64,000 bases of DNA from contig CAVYYZ010000008.1 of assembly GCA_963772835.1 (NCBI GenBank), positions 96,001 to 160,000 of the forward strand. Reading direction: 5' to 3'. This document shows positions 44,787-54,974 of the stretch, piece after piece; position 1 is the first letter of the stretch; every line of letters begins with the position of its first letter. A model generated the notes under the pieces. The model did no database searches and was not told where the DNA came from. It was given only the letters and a program-made list of their open reading frames with translations. The translations under genes were made by a program, and so were the position numbers. Source of the stretch: an uncultured delta proteobacterium (lineage in GTDB: Bacteria > Desulfobacterota > Desulfuromonadia > Geobacterales > Pseudopelobacteraceae).

Positions 44787-46148
44787 TTACTGGAAAAGGA
44801 TTGCAGATTCGCCGTCGGAGTAAATCCTGATTGATATTTTATCCTGCTGTACGATCACATCATTAAACGTCAGGTTTTTTATGTTACCCTTCAGAAAGAC
44901 GTGCTCCAAAAGTTGAATTCTATCCAGCGCCTTCCCGGCCATCAGTCGGGTTTGCTCCAGTCGTGCGGTCAAATCCAAATTAAGTTTCTCCTGAATTACG
45001 CTTCTGATTGTGCCGTGAAGAAACCAGTCCGCCGATTTATGCAACATATTCTCGGTCTGCATATCGAAATCTACATCCTGCACCGAGAACATGTTTGTCT
45101 GCGGGTTGAAAACCGGCCTGGCAGTCAGATAGAATGTCCCTTCGAGTGCGCCGAGAGTCTCCAGCTTAACCACAAGCCTGTCACCGTTTCCATACAGATC
45201 CAACTCCTTTATACGTATGCTTTTCCCGTCTGAATCAAACGTCCTGTTGAGCAGCCTGGTTGAGGCTATGCCACGCAGTTCTTTGTAAAATAGATCGGCG
45301 TTCAGGGCTATACGGAATGACTTGTCGAACGCGGCGGCCTGTGTAAGGTCGGGAAGCGGACGCAGTGGGCGGGGAGGAGGTTCCGGGCCCACAACAAGCT
45401 CGGCATAGGTGCGGATGCCTACGCTCAGTCTCACCCTGTTGTTTCGGGCTGATAACGGGTAAAGCATCACGTCCTGAGGAGTCAGTGTAAGCCAGGCGCT
45501 GTAATCCTTGTCCAGTAGCAGCGGTTTCTGCACCTCGTTCCAGATCTTGGCGATCTCTTTTTTCAGTGGGAATGCATCGTTGATCTTTTGTGCAATCAGG
45601 TCAGACAATACCTTCTGTACCGGCCGGGTAACATCTTCCACGATGCTGCGCGGATTGAACGAAAACAGGCCGATCCGCACATCTTCCGCAAGCAGATCAC
45701 TGAGACCCTGATAACTGATGTCCGCGTGAAGTCGCCAGTCTGGGGTGATGGTGGCTTTGACCCTGAATTTCATCCTCAGGGGAATGGTCGGCGTCTCGAA
45801 CATGCCATAACTGAGAAGCAGGGTAACCGGCAGAGTGATAAACAGGTAGTCATCAGCGGCGGTTACAACAATCGGTTCGCTTCGTACAACGTCCGCGGTT
45901 ACTCCCCTGGTTCCGGTTGACCCTTTGTACAACTCCGTGCGGACGGACCGGTTCAGTAGTCTGGCAAGGTCATCCGTCGTTGTTTCCACAGGGATATTGA
46001 GCGTGGAGGGTTCCATTTTCAGCGCCGTACGAAATGCCTCCGCTTTTGGTCGCTCGGCCGTAAGCGGTCGTGCGGCCGCACAGGCGAAGAGGGAACACGC
46101 AGTCAATAAAAGTACTGCCCGTAATAACATCCTGTTTTTCAACATCAT
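44787..46148 (-). CDS. DUF4403-like lipoprotein
   Basis: Long ORF with lipobox LFAC; beta-rich; family assignment by resemblance; start approximate. Confidence 0.6.
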   Translation of the reverse strand: MMLKNRMLLRAVLLLTACSLFACAAARPLTAERPKAEAFRTALKMEPSTLNIPVETTTDDLARLLNRSVRTELYKGSTGTRGVTADVVRSEPIVVTAADDYLFITLPVTLLLSYGMFETPTIPLRMKFRVKATITPDWRLHADISYQGLSDLLAEDVRIGLFSFNPRSIVEDVTRPVQKVLSDLIAQKINDAFPLKKEIAKIWNEVQKPLLLDKDYSAWLTLTPQDVMLYPLSARNNRVRLSVGIRTYAELVVGPEPPPRPLRPLPDLTQAAAFDKSFRIALNADLFYKELRGIASTRLLNRTFDSDGKSIRIKELDLYGNGDRLVVKLETLGALEGTFYLTARPVFNPQTNMFSVQDVDFDMQTENMLHKSADWFLHGTIRSVIQEKLNLDLTARLEQTRLMAGKALDRIQLLEHVFLKGNIKNLTFNDVIVQQDKISIRIYSDGESAILFQ

Positions 46149-46222
46149 AAATGGCACCTTCTCCCGGAATTTGAGCAGGGGACTTTCGTCCACAGGGAAA
46201 AACTTCTGCCGGCATGCTCTTT

Positions 46223-46618
46223 TCAAGGCCGGTTCATTGAGAGTGTCTTGATCAGAGGGACGAGCGACGGTTCCAGGGAACCCATATTTTCTTTGCCAAG
46301 TTCCTCCAGAGCGGTGCGCACGTTCTCGGAATCAGCAATAAGAGCCGCCACATCTACCCACAGACAGGCATCAGGGACCAGCTTCAGGTATTTCACCCCA
46401 CTTGCGAGGAGACTGACAGCACCGCCATAGTTCCCGTTACGCCAGTGATGAAGGGCCACCGAGATCTGTAAAGACCCTTGAAGGAGGTTTCGGACCTCGC
46501 CTGTTTCACCAATCCACAATTCTTCCAGAGATTCATGGCAATTGTACCAATCACGGCTATTGAACTGCCTGATAGCGTCCAGCAGCCGGCCGGGTGGTGA
46601 CTCTTCACATCTGCGCAT
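46223..46618 (-). CDS. DUF309-domain protein
   Basis: FN..DWY.CHE.LEELW...QG..QISVALHH..GN..GA. Confidence 0.85.
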   Translation of the reverse strand: MRRCEESPPGRLLDAIRQFNSRDWYNCHESLEELWIGETGEVRNLLQGSLQISVALHHWRNGNYGGAVSLLASGVKYLKLVPDACLWVDVAALIADSENVRTALEELGKENMGSLEPSLVPLIKTLSMNRP

Positions 46619-47025
46619 GGTGAATCCTTTGGGGTGATAATCGTGAGCCGCAGGCGTTTAATCAAAGAGAAAGAAATACGCCTGATTCTGCCCCTGGTGC
46701 AGATTATACAATAAATGAACTCTGTTTCTCCAGAACTTCCGGTATCCTGCGGCACCTTCAGATTGTCTGTGCACCGGTAAAACAGGCCGGCGAAAAAATG
46801 ATTGAGATGATGACGTTGCATTCAGAAATAAAGCATATATAATTCATCCGGTTATGATACAAACGGTAATAGTCTGATCCGCTGACGCGCGCCCGGGCGG
46901 TTCTTGCCATTAACATTCTGACTGTGGCTTTTTAAGAAATCGAGCAGCCCGGTGATGTAATGATAGTACTGACCCGGTTTCAATTGATCGCCATATTGCG
47001 CCATAACACTATCCGGAGGAAACGA

Positions 47026-48117
47026 ATGCGTATCAATAAAATAGGAATTCTTACCGGCGGAGGCGACTGCCCCGGTCTGAACGCCGTCATACGAGGAGTG
47101 GTAAAGTCTGCAATTATACGACATGGCTGGGAGGTTATCGGAATCGAGGACGGCTTTGACGGCCTGTTGGACCTGAGCAAGTGTAATCCGTTAACGCTCG
47201 AAAGCGTGCGCGGAATTCTGCCCCGTGGCGGTACGATACTCGGGACTACAAACCGGGGAAATCCTTTTGATTATCCGGTCGAACATGATGGGAAAATTAC
47301 CCGTACTGATATTTCAGATCGGGTTGTAGAAAATATCAGGGCCCTTGGCATAGACGCACTGATTGCAGTCGGAGGCGAGGGCTCGCTCAAAATTGCACTT
47401 GAACTTTCCGGCAAAGGTGTCCCCCTGGTTGGTGTACCGAAAACTATCGATAATGACCTGCGCGAAACGGATTTCACGTTCGGGTATAATACCGCCCTGG
47501 AAACGGCCACCGATGCGCTGGACAAGCTTCATACCACCGCCGAGAGCCATCACAGGGTGATGATTCTTGAGGTGATGGGGCGCTATGCAGGGTGGATCGC
47601 TCTGGAGTCGGGAATAGCCGGCGGTGCGGACGTTATTCTCATACCCGAAATCCCTTTTGAGATTGAACGGATCTGTGCCGCAATCAAACGTCGCTGCGAC
47701 CGCGGGAGCCGCTTCAGCATAGTCGTTGCTGCCGAGGGGGCCTTTCCTGCCGGAGGCGACCGGGTGGTAGCCAAAGTGGCCGACGATCGCAACACCATTG
47801 AACGGTTAGGGGGGGTCGGCCAGTACGTGGCAAAACAGATTGAGCAATGTCTGGAAATGGACGTTCGGGTAACCGTGCTGGGCCATCTGCAGCGAGGAGG
47901 GTCTCCAACCACTTTTGACCGCGCCCTGGGAAGTCGTTTCGGCACAAAAGCCGTGCAGATGGTTGCTGCCGGTGAGTTCGGCCGCATGGCCTGCCTGAAA
48001 GGGCGCCGCATCACTTCGTCTACTATCGAGGAAGCCACACGGGAGTTAAATCTGGTGGACCCCGCCGGAGAAATCGCGCGGACTGCAGAAGACCTTGGCA
48101 TTATGATAGGGCGATGA
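47026..48117 (+). CDS. pfkA: 6-phosphofructokinase
   Basis: TGGGDCPGLNA, GGTILGT, GGEGS, PKTIDND, EVMGR, LGHLQRGG. Confidence 0.95.
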   Translation: MRINKIGILTGGGDCPGLNAVIRGVVKSAIIRHGWEVIGIEDGFDGLLDLSKCNPLTLESVRGILPRGGTILGTTNRGNPFDYPVEHDGKITRTDISDRVVENIRALGIDALIAVGGEGSLKIALELSGKGVPLVGVPKTIDNDLRETDFTFGYNTALETATDALDKLHTTAESHHRVMILEVMGRYAGWIALESGIAGGADVILIPEIPFEIERICAAIKRRCDRGSRFSIVVAAEGAFPAGGDRVVAKVADDRNTIERLGGVGQYVAKQIEQCLEMDVRVTVLGHLQRGGSPTTFDRALGSRFGTKAVQMVAAGEFGRMACLKGRRITSSTIEEATRELNLVDPAGEIARTAEDLGIMIGR

Positions 48118-48141
48118 TGCGCGATGCTTCATATGCAAGTA

Positions 48142-48357
48142 CTACAGAGGCTCAGGGAATTTCTCCATGCAGTCATCACGGCTCCATGAGTCCAATTCTC
48201 CATTTGTCAGTGTCACCTGAACGGTTTCTCCTCCCCGGGTACATCCAAAAGAAAAACCCACTTCACCGTTCCTGACATTGCGTAACGGCACGTGTTCTTC
48301 CTGTTGTTCTGTCCGGTAGCAGACCTGATCATAACTGGTTGTTGTCACAAAGCTCAC
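48142..48357 (-). CDS. Small hypothetical protein
   Basis: GTG start after a purine-rich RBS, co-oriented directly behind the ferritin-like gene. Confidence 0.4.
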   Translation of the reverse strand: MSFVTTTSYDQVCYRTEQQEEHVPLRNVRNGEVGFSFGCTRGGETVQVTLTNGELDSWSRDDCMEKFPEPL

Positions 48358-48372
48358 CCCCTTCTCTCCAGG

Positions 48373-48861
48373 CTAAAGGCTTTTTAGATTGCTGAATTCA
48401 CCCCACTCCAGATACGTTCTGGGGTCTTCGACGAAAGAATATATCTCCTCGAGCATTTTCAGATGTTCACGTTCTTTTGACGCCAGTAATTGGCAGATCC
48501 TTTTCAGTTGTTCACTCTCCGCCTGGTCGCTCAATTGAACGAAGAATTCAATCGTGTCCTCTTCCTCCTGCACGACATGGCGGTAGGCATCCGGATCATC
48601 ACGTAAGATTTCTGTTACGTGCTTCGGGTCGATATGCGGGCTGTATACACACACGCTGCCGTCAAGTTCCTGATAAGTGTCTCCATCAACTCCCCTCATA
48701 TTTCCTTCCAAAACGCCCAGCTTGTCGACGTACTCGCCTTCTGCAGATGCGAGCAATGAAAAGAGACGTTTTAGCTCTCCATTTTCTACCGCTCCGGCGA
48801 GGCATTCATAATGTGACTGCGCCTCTCTTTTCATTTTTATAGTACATTCAAGTATGTTCAT
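48373..48861 (-). CDS. Ferritin/rubrerythrin-like protein
   Basis: Two helix-pair repeats (LF.LLA.AE.EY; LA.KEREH); GGAGG RBS. Confidence 0.75.
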   Translation of the reverse strand: MNILECTIKMKREAQSHYECLAGAVENGELKRLFSLLASAEGEYVDKLGVLEGNMRGVDGDTYQELDGSVCVYSPHIDPKHVTEILRDDPDAYRHVVQEEEDTIEFFVQLSDQAESEQLKRICQLLASKEREHLKMLEEIYSFVEDPRTYLEWGEFSNLKSL

Positions 48862-49115
48862 TGTTTTTCCTCCCCTTGTCTGACAACGCTGCATCAGGCT
48901 TTACCTGCTCTCCCTGATATATAATACTCCATTCAGGTAAACATGGCACATGTATTCTTGAGCATAAGAGTCGGTTTTGGTGCTGAGGTGAGTTGTCTTT
49001 TGAAAAACTGCCTGGATCCATAAAAGTTCCGCTCAGAAATGAAACAAATAACTACACCTGAGTAATTCCTAAGAGTACAATACGGGTGTAAGTCAGAAGA
49101 AAGGTTTGGCCGGAT

Positions 49116-50528
49116 ATGGACACAGCATACGACCTGATAATACTTGGTTCCGGATCAACGGCATTTGCTGCGGCGTTGCGTGCTACTCACTACGGATCGC
49201 GGGTGTTGATGTTTGAAAAAAGTGTGCTGGGGGGGACTTGTATCAATTGGGGGTGCATCCCAAGCAAAACTTTAATTCATGCTGCACTTTTCAAACATGA
49301 AGCTCACCTCGGAAACGGGATCGGCCTCAACTGTGATGATGAGGGACATGCTGTCGATGCGGAGCGGCTCTTCAGGCACCGGGATGCTGTGCTGACTGAA
49401 TTGCGACAGGAACGGTATCTCAACGTTCTTGGAACTATGAAAGGGTTGACACTCATCAAGGGGACGGCCAGATTTCTCAATTCTCACACAGTCGAATGCG
49501 ACGGCCGGCAGTACAGCTCCAAGCGATTTCTCATTGCGGTGGGCGGCAATCCACGCACCCTCGATCTGCCGGGCCTGGAGAAGTGCTCGTATTACACCAG
49601 TCGCAGCGCTCTGTTACTCAAGAAACTTCCCGCCTCTCTTGTGATAATCGGAGGCGGTGTTATCGCCGTCGAACTGGGTCAGATGTACCACCGGTTGGGA
49701 TGCCGCGTGACAATTCTTGAACATGGCCCCCGTATACTGCCAACGGTCGAACGGGAGCTTTCCGAAGTTCTCCAGGATATTCTTGAACGGGAGGGTATCA
49801 AGGTCGTCACGAATGTGGTTATCAACTCTCTGGACAGATTCGGTGATCTGAATGTTGTATATGCAGATGTTGCGGAGCATCACCATAAATTCACCTGTGA
49901 GAAACTTCTCTTTGCGGTTGGAACTCTCCCGGCCACTTCAGAAATCGGATTGGAGGCCACCGGAGTAGTGTTGGACGAAAAAGGATTCATTGTTACTGAC
50001 CGGCAGATGCGCAGTTCAGTGGAAGGTATCTGGGCTGCCGGTGATGTCGTCGGAAAAATGATGATAGCTACGGTCGGAGCCAGGGAGGGGATCGTTGCTG
50101 TGGATGACATGTTTAACCGGGGATGCGGCTGTGCCATGGATTATCTGGCTGCACCGATGGCAATCTTTACCGATCCTGAGGCCGCCATGGTCGGCCATGG
50201 CGAAGAGAGTGCCCGGGAGGCGGGATTTGATTGTATGGTAAACTGCATGCCGGCCGGCTCAATTCCGAAAGCGCACGTTACCGGTATGACAGATGGCGTT
50301 ATCAAGATGATTGCCGACCGGGTTTCCGGCCGCATTCTTGGAGTCCACCTGGTCTGCCACAGGGGTGCGGACATCATCAATGAGGCTGCTCTGGCACTGC
50401 GCATGAGGGCTACGGTGTCTGACATTGCATCGACGATGCATGTTTACCCCTCTATGGGTGAAGGACTTAAACTCTGTGCCCAGGGGTTTGATCGTGATAT
50501 CAGTCTGCTTTCCTGCTGCGCCGAGTGA
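49116..50528 (+). CDS. merA: Mercuric reductase (core form lacking the NmerA domain)
   Basis: GGTCINWGCIPSK redox disulfide, FTDPE, C-terminal LSCCA vicinal cysteines. Confidence 0.85.
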   Translation: MDTAYDLIILGSGSTAFAAALRATHYGSRVLMFEKSVLGGTCINWGCIPSKTLIHAALFKHEAHLGNGIGLNCDDEGHAVDAERLFRHRDAVLTELRQERYLNVLGTMKGLTLIKGTARFLNSHTVECDGRQYSSKRFLIAVGGNPRTLDLPGLEKCSYYTSRSALLLKKLPASLVIIGGGVIAVELGQMYHRLGCRVTILEHGPRILPTVERELSEVLQDILEREGIKVVTNVVINSLDRFGDLNVVYADVAEHHHKFTCEKLLFAVGTLPATSEIGLEATGVVLDEKGFIVTDRQMRSSVEGIWAAGDVVGKMMIATVGAREGIVAVDDMFNRGCGCAMDYLAAPMAIFTDPEAAMVGHGEESAREAGFDCMVNCMPAGSIPKAHVTGMTDGVIKMIADRVSGRILGVHLVCHRGADIINEAALALRMRATVSDIASTMHVYPSMGEGLKLCAQGFDRDISLLSCCAE

Positions 50529-50554
50529 GAATGTCGATGGTTCTGCACCGTAAT

Positions 50555-50583
50555 ACCGACCGGTTCGGGATCGGCCGGTTTTT
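50555..50583 (+). terminator. Possible terminator after merA
   Basis: Imperfect GC stem ACCGACCGGT/ATCGGCCGGT followed by a T run. Confidence 0.4.
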
Positions 50584-50593
50584 GTATTTCTAC

Positions 50594-50995
50594 TCAGCCG
50601 TTAAATTTCCCTTTGTCTCTGATACCGTCGACGCTCCATATCCCGCTTCCCTGAGTAGAAATGAACAGGAAAACGAAACAATACAGTGCCGCCAGTTCTC
50701 CGTTATTCAGGAGAGGCAGCAGCGCCTTCGTTCCGTGAGCCATCCAATAGGCAAAGGCCATCAGGCCGCTCGCAAGAAAAGCCGACCAGCGCGTACACAA
50801 TCCAATCATAACCAGAGCGCCTCCGACCAACTCGATCGGACCTGCTATATAGGTGATGAACGCGGGAACTCCCGGAGGCATTGCGACCGGGTAACCGAAC
50901 AGCTTCTGGACACCATGCCAAAGGAACATAAAACCGACAACGATCCGCATCGCTGCGTAACAGTGCGGGTTAAAAACAGACATTAATGCTTTCAT
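50594..50995 (-). CDS. DoxX-family membrane protein
   Basis: RIVVG..F..HG.QKLFG, IELVGG, NNGELA, G.G.WS.D. Confidence 0.9.
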   Translation of the reverse strand: MKALMSVFNPHCYAAMRIVVGFMFLWHGVQKLFGYPVAMPPGVPAFITYIAGPIELVGGALVMIGLCTRWSAFLASGLMAFAYWMAHGTKALLPLLNNGELAALYCFVFLFISTQGSGIWSVDGIRDKGKFNG

Positions 50996-51016
50996 GATAA
51001 CACCTCCCCCGGGCTT

Positions 51017-51214
51017 TCAGGGTAACATCAGATTGGGCTCTTCTGCGGCAGAGGGACTGATTTTCCTGCATTTCAGTCCGCACAGCATACACCGCTTATC
51101 AGGCATGTGACGCTGACAGGTTTCGCACCAGTAGGTGGCGCGGGGTGAGTCGGCACATGTCAGGCACGCAACAGAACTGTTTCTATCACCGCAGCAGAAT
51201 TCCATTTTGTCCAT
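51017..51214 (-). CDS. Small cysteine-rich protein
   Basis: 65 aa with CC plus three CxxC and one more Cys; weak RBS. Confidence 0.45.
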   Translation of the reverse strand: MDKMEFCCGDRNSSVACLTCADSPRATYWCETCQRHMPDKRCMLCGLKCRKISPSAAEEPNLMLP

Positions 51215-51469
51215 GGTTACTTTACCCGCATATTTCCTGCCGTCTAACCGGATTACCGAAAAATCCAGCCGCTTACTGTTGGATTATACTCTCAACATAT
51301 CTTGATGGAAATTGTAAATGAGCACCGACAGGCCCTCTTTCTGAAAAAATTGCTGATCCATTCCGGGATAAACAGGAGTATAATTATCCCGTATGAAGTA
51401 GTCGTTTTTATGTCAGCCCTAACCTGCTATCCGTTGCGGGTGAAGGCTCAAGGGAAGGAGTTGAGATAC

Positions 51470-52378
51470 ATGAAAGCAACAGTGAATGTTCATGAACTGC
51501 AACAGCTCATCAATACCGGATCTGTCACACTTTTTGACGTTCTCCTGCCGGAGGATTTTGCCTGTCGCCATATTCCCGGTGCGGAGAATGCGTGTGTCTA
51601 CGAAATGGTGTTTCCGGACAGGGTAGCCGAATGCATACCTGACCGGGACAGAACCGTAGTTGTTTACGATGACAGTGGTACGACACTTGCTGCCAGAACG
51701 GCCAAAGAGAAGCTGGAACGTGCCGGATATTGCAACGTGGCAATTCTGGAAGGGGGGGTCCAGGCCTGGAAGGCCGCTGGATTCGCGATTGAATCTGTCG
51801 CAACGACCGGGGCATCACCTGTAATCAGTGATGGAGTCTATCGTGTCGATGTGGAAAAGAGTGTGGTCGAATGGAGCGGGCGCAATATCAATAACCGCCA
51901 TCATGGCCGGATCAGTATGTCTGCCGGAGAGGTTATTCTGGAAAACGGCCGCCCGAAATCGGGCCGGTTTGTGCTCGATATGAAAACAATAACGAACCTG
52001 GATCTTCAGGATGAAAGTTGGCGGAGTATGCTGCTCCGGCATCTGAACTCTGATGATTTTTTCGATGTGGAACGTTTTCCTGCGGTAACCTTCGAGTTGC
52101 GCAGTGCCTCTGTAATCGCCGCGTGCACACCGGGGACGCCAAACATGGAAATAGCCGGGATGCTGACTATCAAGGATTCAACCCATTCGATCCGTTTCCC
52201 GGCCATTGTCGCAGCGCAAGAGGATGGAAGCATTAAGGCACAGGCCGCACTCAGCTTTGACCGTACACTCTGGAATGTATGTTACGGCTCAGGGAAGCTG
52301 TATGAACGCCTCGGCATGCATCTGGTACATGATCTGGTCAGCGTAGAGCTCTTCATCGCTGCAAGAGCAGTGGCATAG
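51470..52378 (+). CDS. Rhodanese-YceI fusion protein
   Basis: DV..F..HIPGA and LEGG..AW rhodanese motifs (Asp at the usual catalytic Cys position, VVYDD); HL.SDDFFDV.RFP and LTIK YceI motifs. Confidence 0.85.
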   Translation: MKATVNVHELQQLINTGSVTLFDVLLPEDFACRHIPGAENACVYEMVFPDRVAECIPDRDRTVVVYDDSGTTLAARTAKEKLERAGYCNVAILEGGVQAWKAAGFAIESVATTGASPVISDGVYRVDVEKSVVEWSGRNINNRHHGRISMSAGEVILENGRPKSGRFVLDMKTITNLDLQDESWRSMLLRHLNSDDFFDVERFPAVTFELRSASVIAACTPGTPNMEIAGMLTIKDSTHSIRFPAIVAAQEDGSIKAQAALSFDRTLWNVCYGSGKLYERLGMHLVHDLVSVELFIAARAVA

Positions 52379-52392
52379 CAGCTTGAAACCTG

Positions 52393-52830
52393 TCACCGGT
52401 GACGCCGGAACCAGGCAGCTATTGCCTCGCTGCTTTGAACACCGGAAAGCCGGTCGGCGACTTTTCCCTGCCTGATCAGTGCCAGTACCGGAATGCTGTT
52501 CACGCTGAAGCGTTGTGCCAGTGCCGGATTTTCCTGAGTGTTGACCTGTACCACTGCCGCCTCACCTGCCAGCATCCCCGCTACTTTCTGTACCGTCGGT
52601 GCAAATGACGCGCAGTGGGGACACCACGGAGCCCAGAACTCTGCCAGCACCTGGCCGCCATAGCCGTTAATGAAGGTGTCAAAGGTCCGCTCCGTCAGTT
52701 GCAGCGGCCTGTAGTACATCGGCAGCAATTCTTTATGGCAATTGCCGCAACGTCCCATCCTCCCTTCCTTCTCAGCCGGAATCCTGTTTATCGTTTCACA
52801 GGAGTTGCACGTGATAGTATACGTTGACAT
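52393..52830 (-). CDS. trxC: Thioredoxin 2-like protein with N-terminal zinc finger
   Basis: CNSC..NR..CGNC zinc finger; WAPWCPHC active site; SIP cis-Pro. Confidence 0.8.
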   Translation of the reverse strand: MSTYTITCNSCETINRIPAEKEGRMGRCGNCHKELLPMYYRPLQLTERTFDTFINGYGGQVLAEFWAPWCPHCASFAPTVQKVAGMLAGEAAVVQVNTQENPALAQRFSVNSIPVLALIRQGKVADRLSGVQSSEAIAAWFRRHR

Positions 52831-52840
52831 TTCAGCTCCA

Positions 52841-54775
52841 TCAGAGGTGATACTGTTTGACAAAATTCAGTGTTCCGCCGGCCAAAAGCTCATTGCGCTG
52901 CCGGTCGGATATCTCCAGAAGTGTGATGATCTTCATGCCGTTGACAAACACCGGAATTTCGCTGATTCCGCTTTCGATAAGCCGCCGTATGTCGGGAATG
53001 GAGATCTGATCGCCTCTCTTGAATAGGTTCATATCTCCCGGATCTTTGAAAATAAGCGGCACTATGCCGAAATTCACCAGATTAGCCTTGTGAATACGGG
53101 CAAAACTTTTGACGATCTTGGCACGAATTCCCAAATAGCGGGGAGCAATGGCGGCATGTTCACGAGAAGAACCCTGGCCGTAGTTTTCACCGGCGATAAT
53201 TATTCCGTTCCCGGTGGCCCGCGCACGGGCAGGAAATTCCGCGTCCACCTGCTCGAAAACATGCTCGCTGATTGCCGGAATATTACTGCGCAGCGGTAAT
53301 ACGTTGTTGCCGGCCGGCATGATATGGTCAGTTGTAATATTGTCATCCAGCGTGATGACAACACCCATTTCCAGTGAATCAGGCAGCGCCTCAAAATCCG
53401 GGAACGGGACGATATTCGGCCCGCTCTTGAGTTCGACGGCAGAACCGTCTTCGAGCGGAAATATGATTCCGGAATCGTCCAGCAGATACTTTTCAGGATT
53501 CTGCACGCTTGGGTACGGTCTGCTGCCGCCTAAAGTCCGGGGGTCGGTTATAACTCCGTATATACCTGATGCGGCAGCGGTTTCCGGTGAGCAGAGATAC
53601 ACCTTGTCGCCTTTGGTGCCGCTCCGCCCGGGAAAGTTTCGAGGGAAGGTGCGCAGACTCACCTGATCAGTCCCCGGAGCCTGACCCATCCCGATGCAGC
53701 CCAGACAGCCGGATTGGTGAATGCTGACCCCTGCCATCAGGAGCATTAACACGCCTCCGTCCTGGGCAACGTTCTCCAGCGCCTGACGACTGCCGGGATT
53801 TATATGAAAATGCACGCCGGGAGCGACACGATTTCCCTCCATAATCCTGCAGACAGTCATAAGATCCCGGTAGGACGAGTTCACTGAACTTCCCACTATG
53901 ACCTGATCGACCTTCGTTCCCGCCACTTCGCTGACGGCGACCACATTATCCGGTGACGAAGGGCAGGCGATCAATGGTACCAGCGTAGAAAGATCTATTT
54001 CGTCATACGCATCGTAATCTGCACCTTCATCGGCGGCAAGCGGCTGCCAGCAGTCACCCCTACCCTGCGAGACCAGAAATTCGCGTGTCCGCATATCCGA
54101 AGGGAAAATGGATGATGTGGCTCCCAGTTCCGCCCCCATGTTGCCGATGGTGGCGCGATCAGTAACGGAAAGGGTTGCCACACCGGGCCCGTAATATTCG
54201 ATGACTTTGTCTACGCCGCCTTTAACTGAGTGGCGCCGCAGCATCTCCAGGATGACATCCTTGCCCGAAACCCAGTCCGGGAGTTTACCGGTCAGTTTGA
54301 CACCCATGACCTGCGGACAGGGGAGATTAAACGAGTGCCCTGCCATCGCAAGTGCCACATCCAGGCCGCCGGCACCAATTGCCAGCATAGAGAGGCCGGC
54401 TGCAGTCGGAGAATGAGAGTCGGCGCCGAGCAATGTGACCCCCGGCGCCCCGAACCGTTCCAGATGCACCTGATGGGATACGCCGTTGCCCGGTTTGGAA
54501 AGATGAACGCCATACTTCATTGCTGCTGACGTCAGAAAGGCGTGGTCGTCCGCATTTTTATAATCTGTCTGCAGCAGGTTATGATCAATATATTGCGCCG
54601 CCAATCCCACCTTCACCCGGGGGAGTCCCATGGCAATAAATTCAAGCATTGCCATGGTGCCGGTGGCATCCTGCAGCAGAGTATGATCAATTCGTATCGA
54701 AATTTCAGTCCCCGGAATCAGCCTGCCGCTCACAAGGTGTGACTCCAGAATTTTGGTGGTTAGATTCTTATTCAT
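52841..54775 (-). CDS. Aconitate hydratase
   Basis: QDATG, DHN, GADSHS, CLGCIG, RNFPGR, TTDHI.P, GQGSSREHAA. Confidence 0.92.
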   Translation of the reverse strand: MNKNLTTKILESHLVSGRLIPGTEISIRIDHTLLQDATGTMAMLEFIAMGLPRVKVGLAAQYIDHNLLQTDYKNADDHAFLTSAAMKYGVHLSKPGNGVSHQVHLERFGAPGVTLLGADSHSPTAAGLSMLAIGAGGLDVALAMAGHSFNLPCPQVMGVKLTGKLPDWVSGKDVILEMLRRHSVKGGVDKVIEYYGPGVATLSVTDRATIGNMGAELGATSSIFPSDMRTREFLVSQGRGDCWQPLAADEGADYDAYDEIDLSTLVPLIACPSSPDNVVAVSEVAGTKVDQVIVGSSVNSSYRDLMTVCRIMEGNRVAPGVHFHINPGSRQALENVAQDGGVLMLLMAGVSIHQSGCLGCIGMGQAPGTDQVSLRTFPRNFPGRSGTKGDKVYLCSPETAAASGIYGVITDPRTLGGSRPYPSVQNPEKYLLDDSGIIFPLEDGSAVELKSGPNIVPFPDFEALPDSLEMGVVITLDDNITTDHIMPAGNNVLPLRSNIPAISEHVFEQVDAEFPARARATGNGIIIAGENYGQGSSREHAAIAPRYLGIRAKIVKSFARIHKANLVNFGIVPLIFKDPGDMNLFKRGDQISIPDIRRLIESGISEIPVFVNGMKIITLLEISDRQRNELLAGGTLNFVKQYHL

Positions 54776-54974
54776 GTCTGCCACCTCCTTTGTCTTACCT
54801 GAAATTATATACTTATTTCCGGCCGATGAGCATGCGTAATTTATATGCCGGCAGAAAGCCCGAAAGGGCAATCTTCATGCGGTAATCGAACGGGGCAGGG
54901 CAACCCTTGACACAGGAGTGAGCACGTGGCAAGAAAGAGCAGCCATCAGGGAAAGTACGAAGGGGGTATTGCAG

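Noticed and set aside
47350..47460. PfkA GGEG instead of GGDG, and PKTIDND
   Set aside because: Known variation among group III PFKs; not evidence of a new function
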